Source: Podospora anserina (taxonomy: Eukaryota). Taken from it: 64,000 nucleotides of DNA. This document shows positions 59,863-64,000 of this stretch, in pieces. The stretch lies in NCBI GenBank assembly GCA_017654855.1, contig CM030335.1, forward strand, positions 1,922,001-1,986,000. The letters are read 5' to 3'. The notes beneath the pieces were generated by a model. It saw only the letters and a program-made list of their open reading frames with translations. It did not search any database and was not told where the DNA came from. The stretch's first letter is position 1. Every line of letters starts with the position of its first letter. The position numbers and the translations under genes were made by a program.

Positions 59863-61108
59863 GATTGAGCACCCTGGATACCGTAGTCGTGGTTATAGAG
59901 CGAGAGTTACTTGAACGCCAAGTCAAAAGAAAGCAAAAGGAACAGAATCAAGATTGGAGAAAATTGGTGACGGCAACGGGGGGTTTGCTTTGTTTGCACT
60001 CCCAAGTCCGGTGGATGGTTCAGCCACGCGCAGAAACGCGAAGACACGTGAGGTGAAGCCCCTCCAGCACTTTTGGAGATACAGAATTGGCCAGTGGGGT
60101 TTTATGTGGCCCAAGCTCCCTCCCTGTTGCCACACTAGAGCTTCTGATCGCCAAGGTTCCAGATCCGTGCCACGCCGGTAGGGCCAACGCGGGGGGCCGC
60201 TGGTGCTGGTGGCTGATGGGGGAGTGAAACATGACGTTGTTGACTGGGTTGAGGCGTTTCTTCGTTCCTTCTCTGGTCAACCGTCGCAACGGGAAAAATA
60301 GGAAACAAAGTGCTCCTGCAACGGGTTGGCTCTCTATAAAGAATATCTGGTGGCATCAAAATGGAGATTACCAACTAGAAAAAGTTTTCCAGCCTCCCAA
60401 GGATGATAAGGGCCTCGGCAGGGCTATTGTGGGCGGGGATGACGCCGCTAGCAGGGCTCTCGGTTGGACTTCAGCTTCGCCTTCCTTCTTGAGTCGGGCA
60501 CTGGACAGACAGCACAGCTTCCACTGAAAAATCATGTCGGATGAGAGATAATTGAAGTGCTTCCAGAGGTCGGTTTGAAGACTATATAATATCGGAAGAG
60601 GGTCACACTTCATTCCGCGGTCTTCAGCAGGACATCAATAGTGGCTGATGCGTGTAACCACCAGGTCAGTCCCAAGGACATCGAGGTTCTCACTGAGACG
60701 CTGGCTGCTGCACCTGCTGTAACCCTCCAATCATTTGTCCGTCTGCAGTGGCAACCGGCCGTCATCGGGCATATCGGAGCCTACCGTCCAAGACGCTACT
60801 GGGGGAGCCCAACCTCGAAAAGTCCCATCAGAGCTTGGGGGAGCTTCATCCACTCTTTAAAATCTAAATGCAGGTCCCAAACACTCGGCCTTTCAACCCA
60901 CCGAATCTCTCGTCTCTTTGCTGCCCCATTGCGACGCCAGCAGCCCTTCTTCGCTCCCAAACCGTACCCGACGACAATGAACTGACACTTTTCTACCGAC
61001 ACACACTACGGCCTATCCTTTTCTACAGTGATTCAAAAAAAAAAAACTCGGAACCCGCGCCCGCGTAGCGCCCGGGAACGTCATCGTCATCATCGTCATC
61101 ATCTGTAA

Positions 61109-63555
61109 ATGACGACAATGCGACAACATGGCGTGACAGCAGCACGCCCCAACTCGTTCTTTGCGCTTCGATCAGGCTTCGTCGGCCTCGCGCGAATTCT
61201 CTCCTTGACACTCTCAACAGCCTATGCTGCGCCGATAGCCAGCCTGGGACATGGCGGCGGTGGCAATGACGAGCCAGACGCTGGAGGCGCAAGCCTGGGT
61301 ATGCTCTATTTGGCTTCTGCGATCCTCGTCTTGTCCGGCGGCGCATTTGCTGGTTTGACTATTGCGTAAGCCCTTTCTGGATCACAAACAAACCGCAGCC
61401 TGTGGTTTTGCTGACAAGGACCAGTTTGATGGGGCAGGATAGCATCTACCTCCAAGTGATGGCCGGCGATGCCACCGAACCTCAGCAAAAGAATGCCAAA
61501 CGGGTCTACCACCTTCTCGAAAAGGGAAAGCACTGGGTCTTGGTCACACTGCTCTTGGCCAACGTTATCGTGAACGAGACCCTTCCCGTCGTACTCGACC
61601 GATGTCTCGGAGGCGGCATTGCTGCCGTCATCGGCTCGACCGTTCTCATTGGTACGTGCTCATCTTGAGCCAGACAGCATGGCTCTCGAAATACTCACCG
61701 CTAACGCGCACACGTGACAGTGATCTTTGGTGAGGTTGTTCCTCAGTCTGTCTGTGTTCGCTATGGCCTCCAGATTGGAGGTTACATGTCCAAACCCGTC
61801 CTTGCGATGATGTACCTTACCGCCCCCATCTCCTGGCCGATCGCCATCCTTCTCGACAAGATCCTCGGAAAGGATCATGGCACCGTATACAAGAAGAGTG
61901 GGTTGAAGACCCTGGTGACCCTGCACAAGAATCTGGGCGATATGTCTCAGCGTTTGAACCAGGACGAGGTCACCATCATCAGCGCCGTGTTGGATCTGAA
62001 GGAGAAGCCAGTGGCCAATGTCATGACCCCCATGGCGGACGTTTTTGTCATGGCAGAGGACACTGTTTTGGATGAGAAGACCATGGACATGATTCTTTCG
62101 GCAGGCTACTCGCGCATTCCCATCCACGAAACTGGGAACCCTACCAATTTCGTCGGTATGCTTTTGGTCAAGATTCTGATCACCTACGACCCCGAGGATG
62201 CCAAGCTTGTCAAGGATTTCCCACTTGCTACCCTGCCCGAGACCCGGCCCGAGACCAGCTGTTTGGATATTGTCAACTTCTTCCAGGAAGGCAAGTCCCA
62301 CATGGTTCTCGTTTCGGAATACCCTGGTGAGGACCACGGCGCATTGGGTGTCGTTACCCTTGAAGACGTTATTGAGGAACTCATTGGAGAGGAAATCATC
62401 GACGAGTCCGATGTGTACATTGACGTGCACAAGGCCATTCGCCGTCTTCAGCCTGCTCCCAAGGCGCGCGTCCAACGTCGCCAGTCTGAAGACCAAGCAG
62501 GCCGCTTTGCGGAACATAATGGACTCGCAGATCACGGCGGCGACTTGATTCAGTTTGACACTACTGGCACAACATCTTTCGACTCACCCGCGCTGTCTAG
62601 TAGCCCAAAGCTCGCCACTCTCATGATGCGCAGAAGTTCAGCTGGCAGAGAAGGGCACCACATGACAGTTCCTGTTCGGGCCAACTTTGAAGACATCAGA
62701 CAACATCTGAAGCATCTTGGCCCCTCCAATCCTGCTACAAACCCCAGAGACACAAAGTCCACCACGGTCAAGATCAAGCCTGGCACCGGTCTGTTACACA
62801 CGGCCGGCCGTTCTTCTTCTGTCGCCGAGGGTGCGATTGAAGAGTCGCCGCTGGAACATGTGCGTGAGCATGTCGAGGAGGAGGAAGGAGACGAGACGAC
62901 GAGTCTGCTGAACCCCCAAGTTACTGGCAAGGACGGCATTCAGGCTCTGCAGCAAACATACGGTGCCACCAGCCCCGTAACCGTGCAGCTCGCTTCGCCC
63001 ATCAACGGTGTACCTACACTTACGCTCGAAACACCAGATCAAGCCGACAAGTCCAGTATGCAAAACACAAAGCAGAGTCCAACAGAATCCACCTCTGCTG
63101 GCCATCGGTCCGTCTCTAGCGGGGATAGTACCCACAGCGCACGGAACGATGTTGGCAACCTGATTCCCGCCAAGCCCTACGTCCGCAGCGGAAGCATCAC
63201 GGAGAACATCGTTGAGTCTAAAGGAGTCAGGAAGGTGGTTCTTGAAACTACTAGTTCCAATGACGAGGATGAGTTTGCCGTGATTGGTACTTCTCCGGAG
63301 CAGCCCAAGAGCAGGAGTACGTTTGGGTTATTTGGGAGGACGGATGCCGCCACTAAGAATGAGGGTGCTGGGCAGGAGGAGGAGGAGGAGGAGGAGCTTT
63401 TGTCACCAGAGACTGGGGAGGAAGGGACGAGCAAGGGGGCCGATGTTGCTAAGGGGAACGGTGCTCCAGGGACGGCGGCGGGTGGGCCAAGTAGTGGTGG
63501 GGGAGGGGCGAAGAAGAAGAACAGACGCAAGAAGCGCAAGGGCGGCAAGTCGTAG
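61109..63555 (+). CDS. MAM3: CNNM/DUF21 plus CBS-pair divalent metal transport/homeostasis protein
   Basis: Exons 61109-61365, 61425-61651, 61721-63555 (772 aa). Motifs [59 protein letters not shown] and [19 protein letters not shown]. Confidence 0.94.
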
Positions 63556-64000
63556 GTTGACGGGCTGGTCGAGTACTTTTCTGTGTACTAGTAGTGTTCA
63601 ATGGGGAAGCGGAGGAGGATTCTTGAGGTATGTGTTAATGGAATAGGTGGGAATGAACTTAGCATATCTGGGAACCAAAAGGGGGGCAAGGCATGTTAAT
63701 ATTTTTTTGGAGGGTTTGGGAATTAAAGGGTGTGTGTTGCATTGTTTACAGGCGTCGGTTGGGGTTGGCTGTAATGTAGCGATAGTTTAGCTGGAGTTTG
63801 TTTATGAAGGTTGAACCGTATTGGCATTGCTCTCGTGCTCTGGGTGTATAATGCTGGTTTGGGGAGCTGTGAAGCGTTGACGTCAGCATTCGTAACGATG
63901 GTTGGTGGGGTCGTTGAGCTCTTTTGATGCTTATCCCCGCTATGTATTTTCACAATGATACGAGTTAGGTGAGATTGGGTGACAGGATAGATTCGGTCGG

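Noticed and set aside
1-64000. CRISPR arrays, rRNA/tRNA genes, intact transposons, secondary-metabolite backbone genes
   Set aside because: I saw no repeat-spacer arrays, RNA-gene signatures, transposase or reverse transcriptase motifs, terminal repeats or PKS/NRPS domains. Small RNA genes could be missed without a covariance-model search.

Overview
Eukaryotic, intron-containing DNA from a filamentous ascomycete. Short GT-AG introns with CTRAC branch points, (CCTA)n microsatellites and the gene set suggest Sordariales (Podospora-like); the taxon is an inference. I rebuilt spliced gene models by hand. The window holds the 3' part of a GH55 beta-1,3-glucanase, a DUF2461 protein, a PhyH-type dioxygenase, a 4-exon Ala/Pro/Glu-rich protein and a full fungal phytochrome. 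It also holds a ketopantoate reductase-like enzyme, an Ace1-type copper-fist transcription factor, COX15, a divergent CDF/ZIP metal transporter pair, an atypical kinase-fold protein and a Zn-dependent alcohol dehydrogenase. The right end has several hypothetical proteins and a MAM3/CNNM transporter. The most interesting item is missed by the ORF track: an intact spliced 72-aa Cys/His-rich microprotein gene (35082-35360, minus) with an intronless, triple-lesioned tandem paralog ~0.8 kb downstream. Both sit in a ~34 kb stretch unusually rich in metal-homeostasis genes. No rRNA, tRNA, CRISPR array or recognisable intact transposon was seen. All family calls come from recalled motifs, not database searches.
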